Below are positions 1 to 9,593 of a DNA stretch of 55,189 bases, piece by piece. Positions within the stretch are counted from its first letter, which is position 1. Every line of letters starts with the position of its first letter. The notes below the pieces were generated by a model. That model was not told the DNA's origin. It ran no database searches and saw nothing but the letters and a program-made list of their open reading frames with translations. The DNA comes from a virus (Duplodnaviria; Caudoviricetes). Location of the stretch: positions 1 through 55,189 of IMG/VR virus record IMGVR_UViG_3300036859_000189; one strand, given 5' to 3'. The position numbers and the translations under genes were made by a program.

Positions 1-127
1 GTTCTTTAAAAACCTAAAAGACACCACTTGCCGAACGAATTTATACCTATCCAAGTGGCGGGACCAAATCACCTCTGATGATTCGGTAATCGCATTCGCA
101 GGTTCGAATCCTGCACCCCCAGCCAAT
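1..127 (+). repeat. Left att copy (attP-like junction or attL)
   Basis: Identical to 51973-52099; the copies diverge right after ...cccccagccaat. Confidence 0.9.
86..125 (+). tRNA. 3' half of tRNA-Gln (likely att core; second copy 52058-52097)
   Basis: CATTC variable loop, GCAGG-TTCGAAT-CCTGC T-arm, ACCCCCA-G-CCA end. No matching TGGGGGT 5' strand in the window. Confidence 0.75.
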
Positions 128-142
128 AGATAGAAATAACAT

Positions 143-170
143 CCGTTTCCGGCAAGGAAGCGGGTTTTTT
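143..170 (+). terminator. Intrinsic terminator after the tRNA fragment
   Basis: ccgtttcc-ggcaa-ggaagcgg stem followed by a T run. Confidence 0.75.
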
Positions 171-174
171 ATTG

Positions 175-195
175 CCCGCCAACGTGCGGGTTTTT
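175..195 (+). terminator. Second tandem terminator
   Basis: cccgc-caacgt-gcggg followed by TTTTT. Confidence 0.6.
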
Positions 196-199
196 CAAT

Positions 200-1100
200 T
201 CCGTGGCCAATCAAGGTAAGTATTGACCACAGATAGGGCAACCCCCTAAGCCTCAGCGGCTTCACTCATCCTCAAGAGGAAGTAAAGCGACTAGCGACGG
301 CTGAATGAGCTGGATGGAGTTCCAGCAGGTGTTTTAACAATCTGGTGCGCTCCCCGGTGGGAATGCTGCGGTAAAGGCTCATTAGCTGGCAGTGAAAGTC
401 TGCTCCCTCCATGTAGGTAGAACCGCTTAGAGTCTCACCCGAGAGCGCATCAACCAAGACCTTCAGTAAGTACCTGCGGTGAGCAGTAGGGGCTGGAGGA
501 AATCGTATCTTGACAATTTAGCTAGGTAGCATGAGAGGGGGAAGGCGAGATATTTTCTATGTGATTCTGCATTACTAGACTATGTACGCCACAAGTGATG
601 AGCTTGTACCCCCTCTCATGCTACCTAGAACGTTAGACGGTAGCTGATGGCTGGGATATGCAAAAGTGGGTTATAAAAGCGGCCAGCTAATAACTGGTGA
701 CAGGCAAAGTACACGCTTGACTTGGCGGGCCCAATCCCGTCCCCAGCTGCCACCTACCGTCTAACAGATTGAGCTAGCTTACGAAAGTTGAGCGCTCACA
801 CAGGCAGAAACGGCTACGGGCGAACCACGGACCCTGCGTGAACTAGCCCAACCCAGGTAACAACCTATTCAGGTACATGCAGATAGATTTGTGCGGTAGG
901 GGCAGCGAGCTCCATCAATCCAGAGATGATACCTACCGCACACACCTGTCTACATGACAGGGGAACACTTGTCTGGCACTGCCTCACACGAGCGTCATTA
1001 CGATGGTGCTGGATGAGTCTACACAGGTAGCTTGGGCTGTCATCGGCTGGGATAAGGCCGTGTCAGCACAGGGCGGCCCAAGTCTGCGTAGGGGAACATT
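200..1100 (+). ncRNA. Structured non-coding leader with an array of long hairpins
   Basis: Inverted repeats 522-541/609-628 (20 bp perfect), 632-643/754-765, 890-900/932-942, 1031-1041/1072-1082 (G-U pairs on +). No credible ORF. Confidence 0.5.
649..752 (+). tRNA. Non-canonical tRNA-like element: anticodon AAT, long variable arm, G discriminator + CCA
   Basis: GGCTGGG/CCCAGCT acceptor then GCCA; GCCAG-CTAATAA-CTGGT anticodon arm; CAGGC/GCTTG variable arm; T-loop CCCAAT and D-arm atypical. Confidence 0.45.
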
Positions 1101-1121
1101 AACTTAAGGGAGTGGGAGAAT

Positions 1122-1304
1122 ATGAGCGACAAAACATTAGTCGGCGTAAACGCTGGCATCGCATTGTTCGTCTTCGTAGGTTGTACCTACTGGACGATTC
1201 TCAGGTTCGTGCCAACACAAGGCACATGGTTGAGATACGCCCTGCCGCTGATACCAATAGGCTTAGGCCTGGTTCAGCTAGCGCCGTATCTGAAGAAGAA
1301 ATAG
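1122..1304 (+). CDS. Small two-TM membrane protein
   Basis: GGGAG RBS, two hydrophobic segments, basic tail. Confidence 0.7.
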   Translation: MSDKTLVGVNAGIALFVFVGCTYWTILRFVPTQGTWLRYALPLIPIGLGLVQLAPYLKKK

Positions 1305-1589
1305 GAGTCGGTTAGACTGGCGCTGGTTGCGAGCCACTCCTCGTTGCCAGCACTGGCCTAACCGGCCGAGGGAGGCGAAGGGTTCTTAGTCGTCGCCTCC
1401 CTCCAGGACCACCGGCTCAGGTAAGCCGATAGGGAAGCGTATATCCGAACCCACTGGCGAATGAAGACCCAAGGGAGCCAGAGGGATAAGACGCATTACC
1501 TGAACCAGTGTTCCGTTCTGCCGGGGCGAGAGACTAGCCCTACACTTGTGCTCTCGTCCTTGCAGATTGGTTAAAGCAAAGGAGAAATT

Positions 1590-1796
1590 ATGCAACCCGA
1601 TGAAGACGAAATGGAAGATTTAGACGGAATAGTTGGTCGTGGAGCCGGAGACCCTGACATACACGGGTATCCAGGTGAACCCCCGATAGGCGATCCTGAA
1701 CGCTATGACTTTGAACCCGAGGAGGTTAATCCTCCGGTCTATCACTACCACGGCGTAACGCAGTGTGCGGAAAGGCACGATGAACCGGCCTTTTGA
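1590..1796 (+). CDS. Acidic hypothetical protein
   Basis: AAGGAG RBS; first gene of the early run. Confidence 0.6.
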   Translation: MQPDEDEMEDLDGIVGRGAGDPDIHGYPGEPPIGDPERYDFEPEEVNPPVYHYHGVTQCAERHDEPAF

Positions 1797-2019
1797 TTTG
1801 CTCACGATAGAGAAGATCGAAGCGCTGCAAGCCGAAGCCAAAGAAAAGGGTATGGAGGTGGACTGGGAGGCCGGAAAACTCGTCCCCAGAAAGTACGCAG
1901 GGATGTCCCACCACCAACGGGACGCGGTCGCCGCAGCGGACACGAGACGCCAACATTACAAAGATTTGAACGATCAGCAAGATAACGACGCCGCAAGTCC
2001 TGAACAGGCTTGGGCGTAG
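1780..2019 (+). CDS. Hypothetical protein
   Basis: Overlapping operon layout; start moved to the internal ATG. Confidence 0.6.
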   Translation: MNRPFDLLTIEKIEALQAEAKEKGMEVDWEAGKLVPRKYAGMSHHQRDAVAAADTRRQHYKDLNDQQDNDAASPEQAWA

Positions 2020-2026
2020 GAGACAT

Positions 2027-2341
2027 ATGGCTAAACCAAAGAATCACATTCCAGGACTTTCAGAAAAGCTCCAAGTGTATGCAGACTCACGTTTGCTCGA
2101 TCTACACCAGTACTCGCCCTACCACGCCAGGATTATGGACGGCGGGTTTGTTGTCCTTGATATTTGGACAACTGGTCGCTACTACATTCTGACCACTGAC
2201 TACGACGAAATGACTGACGGAAATGTTATCGAGCGTGGGGGAGAAAAGGGACAGGTACCAATCTCAAGTGTTGAGGATTTAGAAAGTTTCCTAGATTTAA
2301 TATTTTTCCCAGGGAAAGGGGACGCAGATGAGCAGAAGTAA
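2027..2341 (+). CDS. Hypothetical protein
   Basis: AGGAG RBS. Confidence 0.7.
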   Translation: MAKPKNHIPGLSEKLQVYADSRLLDLHQYSPYHARIMDGGFVVLDIWTTGRYYILTTDYDEMTDGNVIERGGEKGQVPISSVEDLESFLDLIFFPGKGDADEQK

Positions 2342-3014
2342 CCCAACGCCGACTAACCCGGCGAAGAAGTTTTTTAAGTGGAGCGGCAGCAAAGGCCAGT
2401 TGGTCTACTACGACAAGGAAAAACAGCTCGAAGTTGAAGTCAAGTTACCGTTTGAGTTTTTGGTTCTGGATCAGCTATCTACGATTACGGGTTTTAGTAA
2501 GCCTGAGAAGAGTGGCTATTGGTCCAACGAAGTCCGCTCGACGGTTAAAGAAGAGCTGACTGTAAAAACCGCTACGGGTACTAAATATGTCGGTCTGTAC
2601 AAGAATGATCAGGGCATCGTGCAGATACCGAAGGGTGCGAAATACGCCAAGTCGATATACCTCGCGTTTAAAGAAGGTGACGAGTTTGTGATCGGCAACC
2701 TGAAAGCCTCCGGTTCTGCTCTGACGGCTTGGATCGAGTTGAGTAATAGAAAAGTCGTTGAACTCGGCAAAATCACTATAACTGGCTCAGAGGTGGTGGA
2801 CGGCGATCTGGGCGAATATCACGTTCCAACATTTGAGTGGAGCAACGCTACGGCCGAAGAAGACGACGCTGCTAAAAAGTTGGATAAAGAACTCCAGATT
2901 TATTTGAGCCAGTATTTGTCAGCAGCACAGTTTGATCGAGCCTCGCAGCAGGATGGTCAAGAGGAAAGTGTCGATGTGTTAAACGAAGTGTTCCCAGAAG
3001 CAGAGCGCGAGTAA
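2328..3014 (+). CDS. Phage protein, possibly ssDNA-binding/recombination
   Basis: Beta-rich aromatic core with acidic C-terminal tail, near ninG; function is inference. Confidence 0.5.
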   Translation: MSRSNPTPTNPAKKFFKWSGSKGQLVYYDKEKQLEVEVKLPFEFLVLDQLSTITGFSKPEKSGYWSNEVRSTVKEELTVKTATGTKYVGLYKNDQGIVQIPKGAKYAKSIYLAFKEGDEFVIGNLKASGSALTAWIELSNRKVVELGKITITGSEVVDGDLGEYHVPTFEWSNATAEEDDAAKKLDKELQIYLSQYLSAAQFDRASQQDGQEESVDVLNEVFPEAERE

Positions 3015-3031
3015 TACCTGAGGGGGTATAG

Positions 3032-3361
3032 ATGCACAAGCAACTAGACTGGCTCGATCAGTTAGAAACGAACAGACGGCCATATATCGAAGAAGCCCGG
3101 CAAACCGCCCGGAAGCTTCTTTCAACGCGCCCCTACATCACGATTGATGATGTTAGGGCAGTTCTCCCGCCTCCAGAAGGAGTAGACCCTCGGGTTATGG
3201 GAGCGGTCTTTAAGCAGGACGAATTTGTGAGCGTGGGCTGGACGACCAGCAAGCGGAAGGTAAATCATCGCCGGCCGATTCAGCGGTTTAAGCTGAAATA
3301 TGATCCGCCTGAGGACGATCCGGATGAAACGCCGGAGCGGGAATATCCCGATGTCGCCTAG
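3032..3361 (+). CDS. Hypothetical phage protein
   Basis: GAGGGG RBS; DPRVMGAVF motif. Confidence 0.65.
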   Translation: MHKQLDWLDQLETNRRPYIEEARQTARKLLSTRPYITIDDVRAVLPPPEGVDPRVMGAVFKQDEFVSVGWTTSKRKVNHRRPIQRFKLKYDPPEDDPDETPEREYPDVA

Positions 3362-3734
3362 CGTAGCAAAGCTCAAGAAGAAAGCGGACGCGGCGTTCAG
3401 TTTGTACATCCGTCACAGAGACTCTAAAGACGGCCTGACGCAATGTATTACCTGCCCTGCCAGACGCCCGGTAAAGGAAATGCAGGCAGGGCATTTTGTC
3501 CGCAGGTCAGTTAATCTTCTTCGCTACAACGAAGAGAACGTCAACGCCCAGTGCCCCAGTTGCAACGTCTGGAAGTACGGAGAGCAGTACTTATACGCCC
3601 TTGCATTGGATGAGAAGTACGGTCCTGGAACCGCTGAGAGGTTGATGTCTCAGAGATTCAAGATGCACAAACTGACCATTCCCGAGTTGGAAGAAATTAT
3701 TAGATACAGCAAAGAACAGATTAAGGAGGTATAA
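3351..3734 (+). CDS. ninG: NinG/Rap-like recombination endonuclease
   Basis: FSLYIRHRD, CITC, QAGHF, NVNAQCPSCN motifs. Confidence 0.85.
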   Translation: MSPSVAKLKKKADAAFSLYIRHRDSKDGLTQCITCPARRPVKEMQAGHFVRRSVNLLRYNEENVNAQCPSCNVWKYGEQYLYALALDEKYGPGTAERLMSQRFKMHKLTIPELEEIIRYSKEQIKEV

Positions 3735-3735
3735 G

Positions 3736-4098
3736 TTGTCTGGGACGCTTACTGGCGGCAAGAAGGCCGCTGAAAATAACAAGAGGAAGTATGGACGTGA
3801 CTTCTACGCAAAGATCGGATCCAAGGGCGGCAAAGCTTCCACCACGGGCGGCTTCTACGCCAATCGTGAGTTAGCGAGCATCGCTGGGGCTAAGGGCGGT
3901 AAAAGGGGCCACAGAACGGCAGACACACCGGATGAACTTTTCGTTAGACTTTGGAACTGTTCACCCAGCCCCGCCACGGTGGCGAAGGTTCTTGACCAGA
4001 AACAATCTACCGCTGTTAACCGAGCGGTCCGCTTGAGAAAGAAAGGCTATGTTCTCAAGCCTATGCCCAAGGGAAGATATGCGAAAAGTAAATCATGA
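3736..4098 (+). CDS. KGG-repeat (general stress-like) protein with an HTH-like C-terminal extension
   Basis: GGKKAA..YGRDFYAKIGSKGG..ANRELASIAGAKGG; AAGGAGG RBS, TTG start. Confidence 0.75.
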   Translation: MSGTLTGGKKAAENNKRKYGRDFYAKIGSKGGKASTTGGFYANRELASIAGAKGGKRGHRTADTPDELFVRLWNCSPSPATVAKVLDQKQSTAVNRAVRLRKKGYVLKPMPKGRYAKSKS

Positions 4099-4289
4099 CG
4101 ATCCAGGCAGCTCAGTATATGACAAACAGACACAACAGTTTCAAGAAGACGTACAGGCTCGGAGAAAAGCCGTCAAACACGCGGTCAAAGCTATTCACCG
4201 CCGCAGCCGTAGCTGGCTGGATAAGTTTCGGGGTCGTGGTGTTTAAGCCTACGTGGGTGTTGGAAGTGTTACTAAATTTATTTAAGTGA
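4095..4289 (+). CDS. Small membrane protein
   Basis: ATGA overlap; C-terminal hydrophobic helix. Confidence 0.5.
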   Translation: MTIQAAQYMTNRHNSFKKTYRLGEKPSNTRSKLFTAAAVAGWISFGVVVFKPTWVLEVLLNLFK

Positions 4290-4300
4290 GGAGAAGCAAG

Positions 4301-5281
4301 ATGACACTAAAGTTTAAGCTTACGGACGAGACGAAGATCAACGCCTTTGGTGTGAAGTTGTTCCGTATTGAGGCTATCATGGACATTTCAGCGCGGAGTG
4401 TAAAGAAGGGCGATAAAGGCGGTTGGGTATCTAGCGAGAAGCTTGATAACGGTAACGCCAGGGTGTCCGGTGACGCCTGGGTGTCCGGTAACGCCGAGGT
4501 GTTCGGTGACGCCAGGGTGTCCGGTGACGCCAGGGTGTCCGGTGACGCCTGGGTGTCCGGTAACGCCGAGGTGTTCGGTGACGCCAGGGTGTCCGGTGAC
4601 GCCAGGGTGTCCGGTAACGCCGAGGTGTTCGGTGACGCCTGGGTGTCCGGTAACGCCGAGGTGTTCGGTGACGCCTGGGTGTTCGGTGACGCCAGGGTGT
4701 CCGGTGACGCCAGGGTGTCCGGTGACGCCGAGGTGTTCGGTGACGCCAGGGTGTCCGGTGACGCCAGGGTGTTCGGTAACGCCAGGGTGTCCGGTGACGC
4801 CGAGGTGTTCGGTGACGCCAGGGTGTCCGGTGACGCCTGGGTGTCCGGTAACGCCGAGGTGTTCGGTAACGCCGAGGTGTTCGGTGACGCCAGGGTGTTC
4901 GGTGACGCCAGGGTGTTCGGTGACGCCAGGGTGTTCGGTGACGCCTGGGTGTCCGGTGACGCCAGGTCTATTAAAGCCGACTTGTGGGAGCTGCTGTTAC
5001 ACGCTATTCCTGAAATCCCCGCTCTCAGACAGGCGATTGTCGATGGCAAAGTAGATGGCTCAGTATACGAGGGTGAGTGCGCTTGTTTGTGCGGCACGAT
5101 TGCTAACGTGAGACAGTGTAGTTACAAAGAACTCGAAGGTATAGACCCTAATAGCAATCGTCCCGCCGAGGCGTACTTCATGGGCATTAAAAAGGGTGAT
5201 ACTCCAGAGACTAATCCAATTGCTAAAGAAGTGCTTGGGTGGATTGACGAACTCCTGGCGTTGCTTAAGGCCGCGAACTAG
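4301..5281 (+). CDS. Hexapeptide-repeat (left-handed beta-helix-like) protein with a C-terminal GECACLCGT domain
   Basis: 28 x G[DN]A[RWE]V[SF]; GAGGAG RBS. Confidence 0.85.
   Translation: MTLKFKLTDETKINAFGVKLFRIEAIMDISARSVKKGDKGGWVSSEKLDNGNARVSGDAWVSGNAEVFGDARVSGDARVSGDAWVSGNAEVFGDARVSGDARVSGNAEVFGDAWVSGNAEVFGDAWVFGDARVSGDARVSGDAEVFGDARVSGDARVFGNARVSGDAEVFGDARVSGDAWVSGNAEVFGNAEVFGDARVFGDARVFGDARVFGDAWVSGDARSIKADLWELLLHAIPEIPALRQAIVDGKVDGSVYEGECACLCGTIANVRQCSYKELEGIDPNSNRPAEAYFMGIKKGDTPETNPIAKEVLGWIDELLALLKAAN
4451..4966 (+). repeat. 18-bp tandem repeat, 28 units plus a partial unit
   Basis: ggt[g/a]acgcc[agg/tgg/gag]gtg[tcc/ttc]. Confidence 0.95.
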
Positions 5282-5293
5282 CAGGGAAAATGC

Positions 5294-5542
5294 ATGAACT
5301 ATAGACATTTTCTTGAAGAGAAGCACTGGAGCAGGTTCTTAGATTGGCTTAGCGAAGTGTCCTTTGACCCTCGTAACGGTGAGCACATCGACACGATCTT
5401 CTGGTGGTGGATTATCAATGTCCAGTTCCCGGCAGAAGACGAAAAGCGTGCTAAAGAAGTCGAGCGGGAAGGGTCTAACCCCACGCCTACGAGCGAACCA
5501 CCAGCCGCCGAAGGCGCGGGAACTAGCCAGGAGGGCTTATGA
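5294..5542 (+). CDS. Hypothetical protein
   Basis: Operon spacing; tail encoded by the early repeat. Confidence 0.6.
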   Translation: MNYRHFLEEKHWSRFLDWLSEVSFDPRNGEHIDTIFWWWIINVQFPAEDEKRAKEVEREGSNPTPTSEPPAAEGAGTSQEGL

Positions 5543-5928
5543 GTAAGACACCCACCACAGACGTTAAGAGCTCCCCAGGTGTAGCCGTGGTTAGCCGTCG
5601 TAATCTCAGGCGCGGGCAAGCCAGTCTGTACGACCTTATAGTTTCAAAGCTCGATACGGGAGAACGCATCACGCTCGACGAAGCTGAGAATATCTGGCGC
5701 ACGAAGGTCTGTCGCAACATGCTTAAAGGCGTTCCGCACTCTTACAGATTCTACCCCGCTGAAGACGGTACAAATAATTGGTATGGCAGGTACGACCCTA
5801 TGTCGCGTGACGAAATCACTTTCACCGTGCTCAACTGGCTTACCAAAAACATCGGTATCTTAGTCATCCGAGGGTACTTGAAAGTCATACCCATGATTGA
5901 GCTAGAGCCAGCAAGGAGCCTTAAATGA
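5539..5928 (+). CDS. Hypothetical protein
   Basis: GGAGG RBS, ATGA overlap. Confidence 0.65.
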   Translation: MSKTPTTDVKSSPGVAVVSRRNLRRGQASLYDLIVSKLDTGERITLDEAENIWRTKVCRNMLKGVPHSYRFYPAEDGTNNWYGRYDPMSRDEITFTVLNWLTKNIGILVIRGYLKVIPMIELEPARSLK

Positions 5929-6094
5929 CCACCGAAGTCGAGCGCTCTCCTCTGCTCACGCGTGCCCGTACGAACCACCGGCTCCTGCGCAAACTAGTCC
6001 ACATCCACAAATACACCACAACAGGGGACAACCTCTACACCTACACCAAAACCTGCCCCTGCGGAAAGACTAAGACAATAAGGAGGAACATGTA

Positions 6095-6766
6095 ATGAAG
6101 ATCATTACTAAAGTGGTCGTCGGTTCACGTCTCCACAACCTTCATACTGAGAAGTCAGACTATGACTATCGTGGCGTACATATAAACGACCTTAAGGATG
6201 TTCTAAGCCCTTTTGCCAAGACGCGGAGCACTACATGGATCGAGGGCGACGAAGACAATACCAGCTACGAGCTGGCGGAGTTCTGCAAACATGCCACACA
6301 AGGCAGCGCTACCATCCTTGAAGTCTTTTTCTCTAACCAAATTATTGAGTCCTCGCCGATAGCCGACGAACTGCGGGCTAACTGGCAGAAATTCATGGAC
6401 ACCGACAAGTTTGTACTCGCTAGCCGGGGGTACGCGCATAACCAGTACAATAAGATGCAGTTGTTTGAACCTGACCAGCGCACGCCTAAATTCGCTGTAG
6501 CCTACGTCCGGGTGTTGTGGCAATGCGCGGAGTTTCTAAAGGCCGGAGAATTCCCTTGCCAAATTACCGAACCGTACGTGCATGACTTCCTCATGGATGT
6601 GAAGAACAACTTTAGCATCAAGTACGTCCCTAAACTTACTGAAATGTTCATGGAAATGCAGAAGCGTGTCACCGATGCGTACAGCCACCCGGCCCTGAGA
6701 CTAAAGCCAGACATTAATTGGATCGAGGAGTTTATCTACGATGCGTACACCAGCAATAATCTGTGA
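6095..6766 (+). CDS. Pol-beta-superfamily nucleotidyltransferase (YcgL/RlaP-like)
   Basis: VGSRLHNL..SDYDYRG signature. Confidence 0.85.
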   Translation: MKIITKVVVGSRLHNLHTEKSDYDYRGVHINDLKDVLSPFAKTRSTTWIEGDEDNTSYELAEFCKHATQGSATILEVFFSNQIIESSPIADELRANWQKFMDTDKFVLASRGYAHNQYNKMQLFEPDQRTPKFAVAYVRVLWQCAEFLKAGEFPCQITEPYVHDFLMDVKNNFSIKYVPKLTEMFMEMQKRVTDAYSHPALRLKPDINWIEEFIYDAYTSNNL

Positions 6767-7154
6767 CATCGACGGCACTCTCGCGCACATGAAAGACCGT
6801 AGCCCATATGACTACTCCAAGGTGTCAGAGGACGAGGTTGACCACGCTATTAGGCTCCTGCTTATCCAAATGGGGCGCGTTTGTGCGGTCATCCTTGTTT
6901 CTGGTAGAAAGTCCTGGTGCAAAACCGATACTGAACAGTGGCTTAAGGACAATCGCGTCGCCTACGATTATCTATTCATGGATCGTCAAACCGATGACAA
7001 CCGCAAAGACACCATCATTAAACAAGAAATGTACGAGCAGCATATCAAAGGGAAGTATGATGTCCTGTTCGTGCTAGACGACCGCCAACAGGTCGTGGAC
7101 TTTTGGAGAAGCGTGGGCCTTAAATGCCTACAAGTGGCGAAGGGAGATTTCTAA
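6741..7154 (+). CDS. HAD-family 3'-phosphatase (T4 PNK/PseT C-terminal-like)
   Basis: DIDGTLA, VSGR, K, LDDR..VV..W..QVAKGDF. Confidence 0.9.
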   Translation: MRTPAIICDIDGTLAHMKDRSPYDYSKVSEDEVDHAIRLLLIQMGRVCAVILVSGRKSWCKTDTEQWLKDNRVAYDYLFMDRQTDDNRKDTIIKQEMYEQHIKGKYDVLFVLDDRQQVVDFWRSVGLKCLQVAKGDF

Positions 7155-7256
7155 TGACCACACAAGCCGAAGACACCGGGTCGCAGCAAGACTCACAAGC
7201 GAACCACACGCCCTCGCGTGAGCTAGCAACAGGGGCACTAAAGAAGAAAGAGAATT

Positions 7257-7715
7257 ATGAACAAACACTACTACGGTACAGTTCAAGAAAGTAACAAGGG
7301 CAAGTTTGCCATACAAATTCCACTTGAATACCCGTCTTGGGGGTCAGGGCTTGTCTTGCCACCCGTTATTGAGGCACAGCTTTGGGGTCAATATCCAGTT
7401 GTTTTCGTTCTAAACACAGGTCAGGCAGAATTAGCCAAGGCCTTTGATGTTAACCAACAGTCAGTATCTCGCTACCTTAAAAATGGCGAGGGGATTCAAG
7501 AGCTCATCACGGCCGGTACATATTCTGAGGTCGATATTTGGGGCTATTCGCCCACAAAACGCAGGATGAAAGCAGCGCGGGCTACTACCGAAGTTGAGCG
7601 GTTGCAAGGAAACGACACCAAGCTCCCAAGCGAATCACTGACCGAAGCGCGAACTAGCCCAGAACTAACGGGGGAGAATCGGCATGAGTTACGAGCAATT
7701 CGCGAGTTTGCTTAA
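7257..7715 (+). CDS. Hypothetical protein with HTH-like segment
   Basis: QAELAKAFDVNQQSVSRYL resembles a helix-turn-helix. Confidence 0.55.
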   Translation: MNKHYYGTVQESNKGKFAIQIPLEYPSWGSGLVLPPVIEAQLWGQYPVVFVLNTGQAELAKAFDVNQQSVSRYLKNGEGIQELITAGTYSEVDIWGYSPTKRRMKAARATTEVERLQGNDTKLPSESLTEARTSPELTGENRHELRAIREFA

Positions 7716-7872
7716 ATACCTTGCTGTAAGCATAGGTATCGGTGTGGCGTTCAACATAGGCTGGGCGATCATATTCTGGAATAATGACGACCTGTTTATG
7801 TGGCACTGGTTGTCCGTACCACTAACGATGCTAATTATGCTGTATGGCGGAATCAGGAGTTGGAAGCTATGA
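7684..7872 (+). CDS. Small two-TM membrane protein
   Basis: GGGAG RBS; hydrophobic. Confidence 0.65.
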   Translation: MSYEQFASLLKYLAVSIGIGVAFNIGWAIIFWNNDDLFMWHWLSVPLTMLIMLYGGIRSWKL

Positions 7873-8329
7873 CCGCTCCAGAATCCCCACAGGCACAAGA
7901 CCTAGTCAGCAACTGCTGCCACGCTGAAATGAAAGTTATGGGCGGTTCTCACGAAGGGGCCACCAACTACTACAAATGCCTTGCTTGTGGTGAGCCGTGT
8001 GACCCATACGCTTCCGACTTCCCTCAACCACACAAGGCTCCCAAGCGAACCACAGACCTTCCGAAAGCTAGCCCTCCCGGCCCAGGGGATGCACAGGGAA
8101 AGTTAGACAGAATCATGGAAGATTTAATCGTCGGCCATAACTTTGAATACGCCCGAAAGGCGATCCTAGCCCTCCTCTCAGACACGCTAGAACAGGTAGA
8201 GGCAGAGGGGCCAAAAGATGTAGATTATCGAAGTATGGGAGTCAAGATGACTGACTACGATGCTGGTGGGAATGAAGCCAACGCAGCCTGGCACAAACAC
8301 ATCGCTGCTACAAGACGGAGGTTACTGGG

Positions 8330-8333
<4 letters not shown>
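7869..8333 (+). CDS. Mosaic hypothetical protein with N-terminal Zn-finger-like segment
   Basis: SNCC...CLACGEPC; a copy of the early repeat splits two segments. Confidence 0.6.
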
Positions 8334-9185
<852 letters not shown>

Positions 9186-9186
<1 letters not shown>

Positions 9187-9479
9187 TGAAACTAGGTGAC
9201 TTAGAAGTAATGATTAACGGAGCAGCCCACGAACTGTTGGAGAAGCTTGAGCGTGGCGAGAACGGCCTAGACGAGTTTCTTGAAGAAATGCTCAAGATCG
9301 TAAGTGGAGCACAAGTGGACTTGTTTGAAAAGTCTATCATTAAATTCCATGATAATTTTACCGAAGACCAAGTATCAGACATCAGAGGCAAACTTATCCG
9401 CGCTTGGATTGAATGGAACGAGAAAATGACAGGTCGAAATCCCGAAAATTACAAGAAGAAGGACACTGACTATGCCTAA
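9186..9479 (+). CDS. Hypothetical protein
   Basis: AGGAGG RBS. Confidence 0.7.
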
Positions 9480-9591
9480 CAACAGCCCTCATAAATGTAT
9501 CAAGTGTGGCGAACCAGCAAATAGTCCCATGTGGAAAACATACTGTTGGGATTGCTACTACAAATACACTGACGGAAAGGTTTTTGAGTGA
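9472..9591 (+). CDS. Small Zn-finger-like protein (39 aa, not in ORF track)
   Basis: MPNNSPHKCIKC...CWDC; AAGGA RBS. Confidence 0.5.
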   Translation: MPNNSPHKCIKCGEPANSPMWKTYCWDCYYKYTDGKVFE

Positions 9592-9593
9592 CC

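Noticed and set aside
47-457. Minus-strand ORFs near att as a repressor or excisionase
   Set aside because: They overlap the tRNA fragment and terminators and show no HTH or RBS.
632-1362. Integron attC sites (GTTAGAC...CTAAC hairpins)
   Set aside because: Order is GTTRRRY...RYYYAAC, the reverse of attC, and the integrase is short with no evident IntI insertion.
4451-4966. CRISPR array or DGR template
   Set aside because: No unique spacers, in-frame coding repeat, and no cas or reverse transcriptase gene in the window.
4282-5097. Long antisense and alternative-frame ORFs (4282-5097 -, 4443-5054 +)
   Set aside because: Shadows of the stop-free 18-bp repeat.
9508-9516. GGCGAACCA as a further early repeat copy
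   Set aside because: Lacks the CTAG box and is explained by CGEP codons of a Zn-finger ORF.
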